Shown: piece after piece, positions 13,161 to 25,454 of the stretch
Numbering within the stretch: the first letter of the stretch is position 1
How the letters are laid out: every line of letters begins with the position of its first letter
From: Eledone cirrhosa
Lineage: Eukaryota
Direction: 5' to 3'
DNA length: 64,000 nt
Assembly (NCBI GenBank): GCA_964016885.1
Contig: OZ024754.1
Coordinates: forward strand, 4,588,001-4,652,000
Notes under the pieces: model-generated
The model's database searches: none
What the model was told of the DNA's origin: nothing
The model's input: the letters and a program-made list of their open reading frames with translations, nothing else
Translations under genes and position numbers: made by a program

Positions 13161-13227
13161 CCAACCCAGAGGTATATGATTTTTAAAGCGATGAAATACC
13201 AATGAAGGTTGGAAGATCACTGATGAA
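13161..13227 (+). ncRNA. Rearranged (non-circularly permuted) hammerhead-like motif
   Basis: CCAACC-caga-GGTA-TA-TGATTTT-taaagcga-T-GAAA-TACC-aatgaa-GGTTGG-AAGATCA-CTGATGA-A. Stem III GGTA/TACC is perfect. Cleavage is predicted after 13176. Confidence 0.7.
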
Positions 13228-13283
13228 GGACTAATTTTATTCATATGTAACCCATGTGCAACCACGCAGCACTCCATTTTTCT

Positions 13284-13315
<32 letters not shown>

Positions 13316-13319
13316 TGTA

Positions 13320-13915
13320 GGCGAGAAGCCACTAGAATTGGTTGAGGACTTCCTGTATTTGGGAGCAAAGATTGGGAATATGTAAGATGGTGTGATCGAG
13401 AGGAACAGCAAACCTGGGCTACGTGCCACAGTTTGAGATCGTTGTGAAAGTCGGACCTTCTTAAAGACCTGAAGATCTGGCTCTTCGTTGCTGTAGTGGA
13501 GTCTGTGCTGCTGTACAGGCCTAAGACTTGGACACTGACCAAGAAACTCACTCAGATGGTGGATGGGTGCTACACGAGAATGCTGAGGATGACTCTGAAC
13601 ATTAATCAGTATACACTGAGGATGAAGAACTCAGAGCTGTACTGGAGCCTCCCAAAAGTCAGCTCAAAAGGGACACAGAGGAGACTGAGGTTAGCTGGAC
13701 ATGCTCACCGACATCCAGGGTTTACACTGCACTCAGTGCTCCTGTGGGAGCTCCTGAATGGACACACTGGAAGAGGAAGACGGAGGTTAACATATGTTGA
13801 TGCCCGAAGGACAGACACTGGTCTGTTGGTGACGCAGGACATGGCAGCGATAATGAGTTACAGAGACCGCTGGAGAAAACTCGTCCATGGATCATGGGAG
13901 TTTTACCCGCCCTAG
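13320..13915 (+). mobile_element. 5'-truncated, decayed non-LTR retrotransposon (RTE-like) ORF2 C-terminal fragment
   Basis: LELVEDFLYLGA (RT thumb-like), then frameshifted VESVLLY..TWTLTK..DGCYTRMLRM..LPKVSSK..RRLRLAGH..GRGRRRLTYVD, which is typical of the post-RT region of RTE-type LINEs. Confidence 0.8.
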
Positions 13916-14239
13916 ATATATGATGGCACCCCCAGACCAGACTCCAAGTCTGCCTAATCCTCAGACCAGTGTGTTAACACAACAAAAATCACATCAAATC
14001 TGTGGACAAACCAGCAAAAACACAAACAACCATATAGAATGATCAGGCACGGGCCTAGAATTCAATGGTCTACCCAGAGCATTACAAGTAAAAACCGTTA
14101 TAAACAAAAACAAAATTAACGGATATAAATAAATATATATATCCACGTATACACGATCACACACACGTGTATAAAATACCCACACACTCACTCACCCGTA
14201 GAAATTGTACATGTACATATATATATATATATATATAGT

Positions 14240-14635
14240 AATAATTGTTTCTACTTTTGGCACAAGGCCAGCAATTACCCAGTGCATTACTGGTACTTTA
14301 TTTTATCAACTCCGTAAGAATGAAAGACAAAGTTAACCTCGGCGGGATTTGAACTCAGATCATAAAGGGCGGTAACTCTATGCTTCAAAGCATGGCGCCC
14401 GACCCTCTACCGATACTGCCCTTACGCATTCGCCCATAGTAATAATTGGTTCTACTTTTGGCACAAGGCCAGCAATTAACCAGTGTATTACTGGTACTTT
14501 ATTTTATCGACCCCGTAAGGATGAAAGGCAAAGTCAACCGCGGCGGGATTTGAACTCAGATCGTAAAGGGACGTAACTGTGCTGGAAAGCATGGTGTCCG
14601 ACCCTCTACCGACACTGCCAATTCACCGCCCATAG
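14240..14635 (-). mobile_element. Two tandem tRNA-derived SINE copies
   Basis: Reverse complement of TGGCAGTATCGGTAGA (A box)..GAGTTCAAATCC (B box)..GCCTTTCATCCTTACGGGGTCGATAAAATAAAGTACCAG (Nin/Deu-like central domain)..GGCCTTGTGCC. Confidence 0.85.
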
Positions 14636-14736
14636 TAATAATAAATGTACTATATAATATATATATTACATTCTTTATTATTATATATATATATAGTAAT
14701 AATAAATGTAATATATATATATATTACATTTATTAT

Positions 14737-14776
<40 letters not shown>

Positions 14777-15044
14777 AATCTCTGTATATCAGATATAGAA
14801 TAAGGGTTGTGTTGATAGAAAGCTGGGTAGGATTATTTGTGGAGTCTCAGTTTCGCCGTGTTTGGTGTTTAGTAAGAATTTATAATCCTACCTAGGATCT
14901 ACTTACCTTCTCTTCCTCCAACTTTGATAAGATAACAACTACTAATAGACGGCTACTTCACCAAATATTTCTCTCTCTCTCTCCTTCTTCTTCTTCTCAT
15001 TCCTTCTTTGTATGTGCGTGCATGTATATATATATATATATGTG

Positions 15045-15126
15045 AAAAAATGGGGAGAAGAATACTGCAGGTTGCACATGGATAACATGTTATAAAATGT
15101 GTCCCTCATCAGTGATTTGCCAACGA
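15045..15126 (-). mobile_element. Truncated 3' end of the rearranged-hammerhead element family
   Basis: Minus strand gttggcaaatca-CTGATGA-gggac..catgttatccatgtgcaacc matches 13208-13265. It lies between TA runs. Confidence 0.6.
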
Positions 15127-15152
15127 TATATATATATATATATGAAAATAGT

Positions 15153-15349
15153 CAGGACCCCGACGGCAGAGCTGAAGCCGTTTCGACAGCTATTTCTGGA
15201 CCAAATTCTTGGTCCAGAAATAGCTGTCGAAACGGCTTGAGCTCTGCCCTCGGGGTCCTGACTCTCTTCCTATTACCCACTCTACTACCCAAAGTATCGA
15301 GTATTCTGGGGTGCTATGGTCCACCTGGTTCCTTACCACACTTTCTTCG

Positions 15350-15350
<1 letters not shown>
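15153..15350 (+). mobile_element. Family C fold-back element
   Basis: Hairpin gtcaggaccccg..cggggtcctgac plus tail tattacccactctactaccc..cttcgt. Confidence 0.75.
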
Positions 15351-15388
<38 letters not shown>

Positions 15389-15734
15389 TTTTTATGAAAG
15401 TGTATGAATCTGTATTGAGTGTCAATACCTATTTGCTTAGCTTACTCTGTGAATGTGTGTACGCAAGCGTGAGCACGTACATACACATATGTCCTCGTAT
15501 ACATATATATATATACACATATATAATTATATTATATTATACTACCAGAAAATCCACCCTACGGGTGGTTTTCTGCTAGCCTGTGTAGTGTGTATATTGA
15601 TAGTATACACTAATATATATGCATGTAAATATGATACATCAAATAAAATCGTAATTGACAATATACACAGAAATTGAACAAAGCCTACGTTACACTGTCT
15701 TCTGTAATCAGTAACGTAATCCATGATACATTAA

Positions 15735-15972
15735 AAAAAAGACGATATTATATATAAACTGCATTAGGTGAAAATTAGCGACGGAAATATTTGCGATTAT
15801 AAGTGTTATAATGTAACGGCCGCTAACCGGAAGTGTTGACATTTGATAATTTTAAAGAAGTGGATTTTAAAGATTAAGCTATAAAATATATTTAATCAAC
15901 AGCCACGAAATTTAGCACATATTTCCGTCGCTAATTTTCTCCTAATGCAGTTTATATATAATATCGTCTTTT
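15735..15972. mobile_element. MITE-like element with about 58-bp terminal inverted repeats
   Basis: aaaagacgatattatatataaactgcattaggtgaaaattagcgacggaaatat pairs with atatttccgtcgctaattttctcctaatgcagtttatatataatatcgtctttt. Confidence 0.65.
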
Positions 15973-15989
15973 ATTTTTTTAATATCCAA

Positions 15990-16172
15990 GATTGCAGTAT
16001 CGGTAGAGGTTCGGACGCCATGCTTCGCAGCATAGAGTTACGTCCCTTTATGTTCTGAGTTTAAATACCACCGAGGTTAACTTTGCCTTTCATCTTTACG
16101 GGGTCGATAAAATAAAGTACCAGTAATACACTGAAGTAATTGTTGGCCTTGTGCCAAAAGTAGAAACAATTA
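15990..16172 (+). mobile_element. tRNA-derived SINE
   Basis: A/B boxes and central domain as in the family consensus. Confidence 0.85.
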
Positions 16173-16405
16173 TTTAATATCATCTTCCAGATTTGAGGGA
16201 CATTTGCTACTATTTCTAGCAGTTTGAGTGACTCTGTAGAGGGCTCCATTGCTAACTTCATTCACTCGAATGCTTTTATTGTCGTCCTTTATTTCAAATT
16301 GGCGATGCATCTCTTAAATTCTCCCTGTGGTGGAAGAGATTTCTAGTTGCTATTTCTAGTAAAGTACAGTGACCATGTAAAGAATTCCATTGCTGACACC
16401 ATTAT

Positions 16406-16590
16406 GGATTGGCAGTATCGGTAGAGGGTCGGACGCCATGCTTTGCAGCATAGTTACGTCCCTTTACGATCTGAGTTCAAATCCCGCCGAGGTTGACTTT
16501 GCCTTTTCATCCTTACTGGGTCGATAAAATAAAGTACCAGTAATGTACTGGGTACTTGCTGGCCTTGTGCCTAACGTAGAAACAATTATC
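16406..16590 (+). mobile_element. tRNA-derived SINE
   Basis: ggattggcagtatcggtagagggtcggacgccatg...gtagaaacaattat. Confidence 0.85.
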
Positions 16591-16879
16591 TCATTGACAT
16601 GTATGATGATGTTGTTGTTGTTGTTGTTGTTTCGGTGATGACGGTGGGTGTCTGCAGCTCTCCCTGTGGTAGGGACTTTGAAGTTGCTCTCTTTACGGTT
16701 TTTATAAGACCAGACATAACATTGCCCCTCACACCTTCGTCCCTCTCTTTCCCGGTTCAGTGTGTTGTGGGGGGGGGGGGCTGAATTGATACTGCGGGAA
16801 TTATATCACCAGACCCTAAAAATAATGGTCGCATCTAATAGGGTACGTCAAAATTATTTATAAAACTGTTTATATATTG

Positions 16880-16944
16880 TATTTTGTCTGATGAAGGCAT
16901 ACCATATTTTAATTTGGTATCCCTGAAATACGTATAATGAAATA
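16880..16944 (+). ncRNA. Type I hammerhead ribozyme motif, family A
   Basis: TATTTTGT-CTGATGA-AGGcATACCA..TGGTATcCCT-GAAA-TACGTAT-A-ATGAAATA with palindrome ATACGTAT. Cleavage is predicted after 16936. Confidence 0.78.
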
Positions 16945-17375
16945 AATATGGTTTTATAAATATAGTTTCCATTTATTTAATATCGTATATATATATATAT
17001 ATATATATTTACGTATGTGTATATATGTTTATGTAAATATATATATATAAATATGTTTATATATATATATTTACGTATATATATATATGTTTGAGTATAT
17101 ATATGTTTATATATATGTTTACGTATGTGTATATATGTTTATGTAAAAATATATATATATATAAATATGTTTATATATATATGTTTACATATGTGTATAT
17201 AAGTTTATATATATATATATGTATATATATAAATATGTTTATATATATACTTACGTATATGTATATATGTTTGTGTATATAAGTTTATATTTATATATAT
17301 ATATAAATATATATACATAAACATATATACCCATACGTAAACATATATAAACATGTATATATATATATACATACG

Positions 17376-17498
<123 letters not shown>

Positions 17499-18251
17499 GT
17501 ATATATATGTATATATATGTATATATATGTATATATATATATATATGTATATATACTTTCGCTGTTATTTTGCTGTATTTTCTATTTTATTTATTTTATT
17601 TATTTTATTTATTTTATTTATTTTATTCATTTATATTTAGCCTTATTATCACTGTTGTTGTTGTTGTTGTTGTTGCTCTTGTTGTTGTTGTTGTTATTAG
17701 TATCATTGTTGTTGCTGTTGTTGTTGTTGTTATTAGTATTATTGTTATTATTTCAGAAATTAGCAGACAGAACAGGGAAAGAGACCATCTCAAGTTACAT
17801 GTTGGCAAGAGTTATATCTCTGACAAATATCTTTACCTCTCCCTCTCTCTCCTCTCCCTCTCTCTCCTCTCCCTCCTCTCCCTCTCTCTCTCTCTCTCTC
17901 CTCTCCCTCTCTCTCTCTCTCTCTCCTCTCTCTCCCGCTCACTCCCTCTCTCTCTCTCTTTCTCTCTCTCTCTCTTTCATATATATATTTACACATATAT
18001 ATATCACTGTATGTTTGTATATTTGTATGTGTGTGTGTATATATATATATAAATATATATATATAAATACATACGTATATGATATATATATATATATATA
18101 TATATATTCATATACGTATGTATTTATATATATATATTTATATATATATACACACACACCTACAAATATATATGTGTGTATATATATATAAATATATATA
18201 TATAAATACATACGTATATGATATATATATATATATAAATACATACGTATA

Positions 18252-18294
<43 letters not shown>

Positions 18295-18306
18295 CATACG
18301 TATATG

Positions 18307-18358
<52 letters not shown>

Positions 18359-18363
18359 GTATG

Positions 18364-18401
<38 letters not shown>

Positions 18402-18607
18402 CATACGTATATGATATATATATATATATATATATATATACGTATGTATTTATATATATATATTTATATATATATACACACACACATACAAATATACAAA
18501 CATACAGTGATATATATATATATATACGTGTGTATATAGATATGTATATAAATATATGTATATATGTATGGATGTGTGTATGTGTGCGTGTGTATATATA
18601 TATATAT

Positions 18608-18645
<38 letters not shown>

Positions 18646-19339
18646 CAAATGTTTCCCTCTCTTCCCGTCTCTCTTCCAATCTATCCCTTCCCTCGTCTCT
18701 CTTCCACTGTATCCCTTTTTCCCTTCCACGGTATCCCTTCCTCCCTCTCTTCCTCTCTATCCCTTTCCCCCCTCTTGCACTCTATCTCTTCCTCCCTCTC
18801 TTCCACTCTATCTCTTCTCTCTTCCACTCTATCTCTTCCCCCCTCTCTCTTTCACTCTATCTCTTCCCCCCTCTCTCTCTTCCCTCTCTCTTCCACTCTA
18901 TCCTTCCCGTCACCACCACCACCCCGTCCTTCCCCTTCCCCCCTCTCTTCCACTCTATCTCCCTCTCTTTCACTCTCTCTCTCCCCCTCTCTCTCCCTCT
19001 CTCTCTCCCTCTCTCTCTCCCTCTCTCTCTCCCTCTCTCTTCCACTCTATCCTTCCCGTCACCCCCCCCCCGTCCTTCCTCTTCCCCCCTCTCTTCCACT
19101 CTATCCTCCCCGCCACCCTCCGTCCTTCCTCCACCCACCTCTCTTTAGCTATTTATGTTCCGAGCCGAATGTTCTCAGCCATGTTGAAATACCTGCTAAG
19201 TATTTTGCCATAGATTCTTCTGCTGAATCACAAGAGAGCGCCATGGGGAAAATTGCTTTATTTAGGTGCCAACATCTTTAGGTCATATCATAACATTGCT
19301 CTATGACTGTGTGGCTGTGTGGGCAATCATGCCTGCCTG

Positions 19340-19348
19340 CTTGTGTGC

Positions 19349-19392
<44 letters not shown>

Positions 19393-19828
19393 TAGAGGTG
19401 TGTGGGAGAGAGAGTGTGTGTGAGAGTGAGAAATTGTGTGAGTGAGGGAGAGTGTGTAGAAGAGTGGGTGTGTGGGACGGAGAAAGTGTGTGTGTGAGTA
19501 TGAGTCGTGTGTTGGAGAGAGATGTGTGAGCGAGAGTGTGTGGGAGAGAGAGAAATTGTGTGAGTGAGGGAGAGTGTGTAGAAGAGTGGGTGTGTGGGAC
19601 GGAGAAAGTGGGTGTGTGAGAGTATGTCGTGTGTTCGAGGATGAGTGGGTGGGAGAGAGAGAAGGGGAGAGAGATGTGTGAGGGAGAGTGTGTGGGAGAG
19701 AGAGAAATTGTGTAAGTGAGGGGGTGTGTGGGACGGAGAAAGTGGGTGTGTGAGAGTATGAGTCGTGTGTTCGAGAGAGAGTGTGTGAGGGAGAGTGTGT
19801 GGGAGAGAGAGAAATTGTGTGAGTGAGG

Positions 19829-19867
<39 letters not shown>

Positions 19868-19940
19868 TATGAGGTGTGTGTGTGTGTGAGAGAGTGTGTA
19901 TGTGTGAGTGTACGAGAGAGAGTGTGTGGGAGAGAGAAAG
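19340..19940. repeat. Degenerate GT/GA-rich minisatellite
   Basis: Recurrent gagaaattgtgtgagtgaggg..gtgtgggacggagaaagtg units. Confidence 0.7.
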
Positions 19941-20296
19941 AAAAAGACATTATGGAAATGATAAAGTGGTGGGTGGTGATGGTTGTGGTAAAGATTGTGG
20001 TGATGGTTGCGGTAAAGGTGGTGGTGATGGTTGTGGTGATGGTTGTGTGATGGTTGTGGTGATGGTTGTGTTAAAGGTGGTGGTGGTGATGGTTGTAGTG
20101 ATGGTTGTGGTAAAGGTGGAGGTAAAGGTGGAGGTAAAGGTGGAGGTAAAGGTGGAGGTGATGGTTGTGGTGATGATTGCAGTAAAGGTTGCAGTGATGG
20201 TTGTGGTGATGATTGCAGTAAAGGTTGCAGTGATGTTGCTCTAGAATTCATATCGAGCTCCAGTAGAAGCAGAAGCCAATTGTGTCCTGCTGTTAA

Positions 20297-20515
20297 GGGC
20301 GGTTGATTAGCAGTATCGGTAGAGCACCGGACACCATGCTTTGTGACATATACGGACGGCCCTTTACGTTCTTGTTTCAAATCCCACCGAAGTTAGCTTT
20401 TCCTTTCATCCTTAAGGAGTCGATAAAATAAAATACCAGTAATCCATTGGGGTCGATTTAATCGACTTTCCCCTCTCCGTAAATTGCTGGCCTTGTGCCT
20501 ATAGTTGAAATCCTT
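20297..20515 (+). mobile_element. tRNA-derived SINE (long-tail variant)
   Basis: Family match with an extra ggggtcgatttaatcgactttcccc segment. Confidence 0.8.
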
Positions 20516-20549
20516 ATTTCATTTGACTTCCGTCACATTTGGTTGGTGG

Positions 20550-20585
<36 letters not shown>

Positions 20586-20611
20586 ATATATATATATCTA
20601 TATATAATATT

Positions 20612-20797
20612 GAAAAGGCTTCTACAGGACTAGAACTGTTTCATTCGGGAGAAATCATCAGGGCTTCCTGAAGATTTCTCCCGAATGAAACAGTTCTAGT
20701 CCTGTAGAAGCCTTTTCTATATTAAATATTTATACTCTGCTTTGTATTGAGTACCTTACTTACTGTGGTTACCCCCGATTGAACCCGGGATAAACTT
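20612..20797 (+). mobile_element. Family B fold-back element in (TA)n
   Basis: Inverted arms 20612-20661 and 20667-20717, plus tail tgtattgagtaccttacttactgtggttacccccgattgaacccggga. Confidence 0.75.
20662..20712 (+). ncRNA. Type I hammerhead ribozyme motif, family B
   Basis: GGCTTC-CTGAAGA-tTTC tccc GAAt-GAAA-CAG ttctagtc CTG-TA-GAAGCC. GUA cleavage is predicted after 20706. Confidence 0.8.
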
Positions 20798-20809
20798 ATA
20801 TATATATAT

Positions 20810-20931
<122 letters not shown>

Positions 20932-22904
20932 TGTGTGTACATATCAGGGCGCACACGTTTGAGTCAATGTTTCTGTGTATGTGTTTTTCTTTTGTATAAA
21001 TATATACATGTGCATGCGTGCAACCCTTTCAATCCAACATGACATTATTTAAATATGTTTTACTGTATATAAAATATGTTGCAAAATAAACTCTCATATG
21101 TCTTCCCTCATCCACCTCCATCCATCCATCCATCTATTTAACTACCCATTTATACATCTAATACCTCCTTTCTTTTACCTCAGCATTTTGCACACGTAGA
21201 TATTTGCAGGAACTTTATACAGTAGGCATAAGGATATTTTCCCAGTTGGAGCTTGCTTTTTTGTATTTATACATGCAAGTAATTATTTATTTGTGTGTAT
21301 ATTTACCACATTTAAGTGCATGAAGAGTTTTAGACTTTTCGTAAGCCACTGATATCAACTGATACACAAGCGAAAAGCGAAAAACTTATGAAAAAAAAAC
21401 CTAAATAATTTTTTTAAAGAAAACCTGCTGGCAAGCTCTGCTTGAGAACCACGTGTATAGTTGAAGCAAGTGAAAGAGTTAATAGATGTTATAAGCCTCG
21501 TGTCTTATTAGATTTCTCAGCTGGAAGCCGTTCTGCAATGAGAAGCGAGGCAAGCAGAACCGGTCATTCACCATCACTAGATAAATTCAGATGAAAAGAC
21601 GATAGCAACGAAGGTGTTTCTATGTGGGCGCTCGGCTTGCTAGAAATAGTAACTAGTTTTAACTCAAATCCCAACACACCTTGATATGTATTCTAAACAT
21701 GACGTTTGATATAATGTTGAATGAAGTCGTAGATACGACAGTAAACTCGTTTTAGAATCAGATTAAAATGTCTCTTAGTATTTGGTGTGGTTCAACAAAT
21801 ATCTCAGTTTAAAATCCCGTTAAGGTAAACTTGAGTTTTCAGCATTAAATGTACCAGTCCAGTGGTCCGATGGATTGGCAGGATTGTTTGGGGGTTGAAC
21901 GTGATGTCTTACGACCCTTTACGTTCTAGGCTCACTTGCGATCTCCCTGGGGCCATGTTATATTGGTTATTGACTTTTCCTTTTACAATATTGGTGGCAT
22001 GAAGAGAGCAGGTTGCAGAACTTCCAGTAAAAAAAAAAAAGCAAAAACCTTGCCTTGTCCTTTCCAGGCACAGATTTTTGGTTTCACAATCCTACAGAGC
22101 TTCAATATTTTAAGTCACGTGTCTATAAGACAACCCACCGGAATATCTTTCAAATCTCACTGTTAACACGTGATCAAAATCGTGACAAAAACGAAGGATT
22201 CACTTCTCGTTAAAAACCTTGATTTTTATCATCGAGAAAAATCTAGAAAAATGCAGATTTGCTTTACATGTAAGTAAATATTTAAAACTATAATAAAATG
22301 TTCTTTTAATTAGTTGGCATTAGAGAATTGGTATTTCACTAACACATATATTCTTTATGTGTAATTATTAGCAGAGTAACATCACCGAAAACTGTGTCAT
22401 TAGTTATCACTTGTGCTACATTTTTATCAATACCATGCAATAATTTTTTTCCTCAGGGACTTCATTTAATTACAGTCAAGATCTTGTAAGATGAAAAGAA
22501 AATTTGAAAGTTTTGATTAGTTTTGTTCTCTTGTATGGGTTTATATATTTCTTTTTTAACATTTAATGTTAGAATATGGAGGAGATGTTGCAGATGAGAG
22601 GTGCCAGCTGTCCAACTGAACCAATTCTATCGTGCTTGATGGTATGATGATGGTGGTGGTGATGGGAGGGGGTGATAGTGGGGGTGGTGGTGGAGGTGGT
22701 GAGGATGATGATGATGGTGGTGGTGATGGTGATTATGCTGGTGTGGTGGTGGTGGTGGTGGTGATGGTGACGGTGATAGTGGTGGCGACGACGGTCATGG
22801 TGGTGATGGTGATGACGGTGTGGTGGTGGTGATGATGGTGATGATGGTGTGGTGATCATGGTGATGGTGGTGATAGTGTGGTGATGATGATGACGACGAC
22901 GATG

Positions 22905-23325
22905 ATGGTTTCTTATATAGGCACAAGGCCTGTAATTTTGGGGGCTAGGGGAAAAGTTGATTAAATCGACCCCAGTACGTTACTGGTACTTTATTATATC
23001 GACCCCCGTAAGGATGAAAGGCAAAGTTAACCTCGGCGGGATTTGAACTCAGAACGTAAAGGGCCGTAACTCTATGATACAAAGCATGGCGTCTGGCGCT
23101 CTACCGATTAATAATATTGATAAAAATATTGATAAAATAATTGTTTCTACTTTAGTCACAAGGCCAGCAATTCCCCCAGTGCATTACTGGTACTTTATTT
23201 TATAGACCCCGTAAGGATAAAAGGCAAAGTCAACCTCGGCGGGATTTGAACTCAGATCGTAAAGGGACGTAACTCTATGCTGGAAAGCATGGCGTCCGAC
23301 CCTCTACCGATACTGCCAATCCCTG
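22905..23325 (-). mobile_element. Two tandem tRNA-derived SINE copies
   Basis: Reverse-complement family matches at 22905-23110 and 23137-23325. Confidence 0.85.
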
Positions 23326-23514
23326 CCGATAATGCTTTCTTTATTAACTACAAGGGTTGACAGAAAGTATAACATTAAGGGCAGGACAGTAGAGGGTGGT
23401 ACTGGACAATACAGGACGGTACAAATGGACGGTACAAATGCAGGACAAATACAGGACGGCGGTACAAATGGATATTTCTGCGTGTCAAAATAAAAAAAAA
23501 ACAAAGGTATAATA

Positions 23515-23699
23515 ATAATTGTTTTACTTTGGGCACAAGGCCAGAAATTACCCCCAGTGTATTACTGGTACTTTATTTTATCGACCCCGTAAGGATGAAA
23601 GGGAAAGTTAACCTCGGCGGTATTTGAACTCAGCACGTAAAGGGTCGTAACTCTATGCTGCAAAGCATGGGGTCCGTCCCTCTACCGATACTGCCAATA
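23515..23699 (-). mobile_element. tRNA-derived SINE
   Basis: Reverse-complement family match. Confidence 0.85.
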
Positions 23700-23876
23700 T
23701 AATGATGATAAATCGTTTTGCTGGAAAGTACAAGATTTCATTTTGTATGTTGTTTCCCGGTGTTTCGAACAAAAACATCGTGTCTCTCGTACTTCAAGTG
23801 GCCGCACAGTTCTGCATTGTAGTGAAGTGTTAATTGGGTCAATAGACCACTATCCTTTGTGTGTATATGTCTGAAC

Positions 23877-23916
<40 letters not shown>

Positions 23917-24004
23917 AAACATCCATCCATATATACACAAATACATGTATATGCATATGTACACGCAGAACCACATGGTATATGTATGTACGTATGTGTA
24001 TGTA

Positions 24005-24313
24005 TATATAAATATGTGTGTGTGTGTATGTATATGGGACTGTGTGTGTGTGTATGTATATAAATATGTGTATGTGTGTATGTATATGGGACTGTGTGTG
24101 TGTATATATAAATATGTGTATGTGTGTATGTATATGGGACTGTGTGTGTGTATATATAAATATATGTGTATGTGTGTATGTATATGGGACTGTGTGTGTG
24201 TATATATAAATATATGTGTATGTGTGTATGTATATGGGACTGTGTGTGTGTATATATAAATATATGTGTATGTGTGTATGTATATGGGACTGTGTGTGTG
24301 TGTATATATAAAT

Positions 24314-24315
<2 letters not shown>
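24005..24315. repeat. About 50-bp minisatellite, 6 copies
   Basis: gtatgtatatgggactgtgtgtgtgtatatataaatatatgt units. Confidence 0.85.
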
Positions 24316-24349
<34 letters not shown>

Positions 24350-24642
24350 GCATACATATAGTTGTGCATGCACGGCTTATTACGAAACGGATCATAGCGT
24401 TGCTCATATGCAAATGTGTAAAATTCTGAACACTTGAGAATCAGCTGTGTATAAATTCTATATATATATATATATATATATAAAGAGTGTGTATGTTGGC
24501 ATGTATACATTTATTTATGTATGTATATGTAAATATATATATATATATATAAGCATGCACACATATATATATATACTCACACACACACACACTTATATGA
24601 TAAATATATAATAAATAAATATAAATATATAGATGCACATAT

Positions 24643-24674
<32 letters not shown>

Positions 24675-24943
24675 ATGACTGAATGACCGGGCTAACTTGA
24701 AGTATTCATACACCGATGCAACCAATGTGACTGTAGAGATATTTTTGTGAAACCGTGTATAAATTTATTGAAATTGCTAAGGAAGAATCACATGGAACCA
24801 ACATTACTTAGCCTTGCATTTCAATATCATCGAGGCAAATCACTATCCAATCCAATTCATATACTTCTAGTATTATATACACACACACACTTGCGTACGG
24901 ATATATATAAATATATACACACACATATAACACACACACATAC

Positions 24944-25012
<69 letters not shown>

Positions 25013-25095
25013 TAGATAAGGAAAAAAGATGAAATCGAAAATGCAACAGGAGTCTTTCTTTTTTTTTCTTTTTTTTTTTAAATATTATTTGGTTC

Positions 25096-25131
25096 CTTTA
25101 CCGGTTTCGCAGTTCTTCTGCTTTTCAAAAG
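25096..25131 (-). ncRNA. Minimal type I hammerhead with U3-A8 core variant, family D
   Basis: CTT-TTGAAAA-GCAG aagaa CTGC-GAAA-CCGG-TA-AAG. Confidence 0.65.
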
Positions 25132-25188
25132 TAGAGTTGAGATGGAGGGTCTGTTGTTTTTTATATTTGTGTGTGTGTTTGTTATGTG

Positions 25189-25282
<94 letters not shown>

Positions 25283-25356
25283 GTGCACACATATATATAT
25301 TGTACACATATATATATATATATATGTACACATATATATATATATATATATATATG

Positions 25357-25397
<41 letters not shown>

Positions 25398-25407
25398 TTA
25401 TGTGTGT

Positions 25408-25454
<47 letters not shown>

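Larger units (their letters stand above)
12521..13285 (+). mobile_element. (TA)n-embedded element with both inverted and direct terminal repeats (pLTR-like), carrying rearranged hammerheads
   Basis: 12521-12683 is inverted relative to about 13074-13237, and 12708-12770 is directly repeated at 13224-13286. TA runs flank both sides. Confidence 0.75.

Noticed and set aside
20043-20306. Gly/Cys/Asp repeat ORF resembling a metallothionein or keratin-associated protein
   Set aside because: It is a (GGT/GAT)n-derived low-complexity repeat open in multiple frames.
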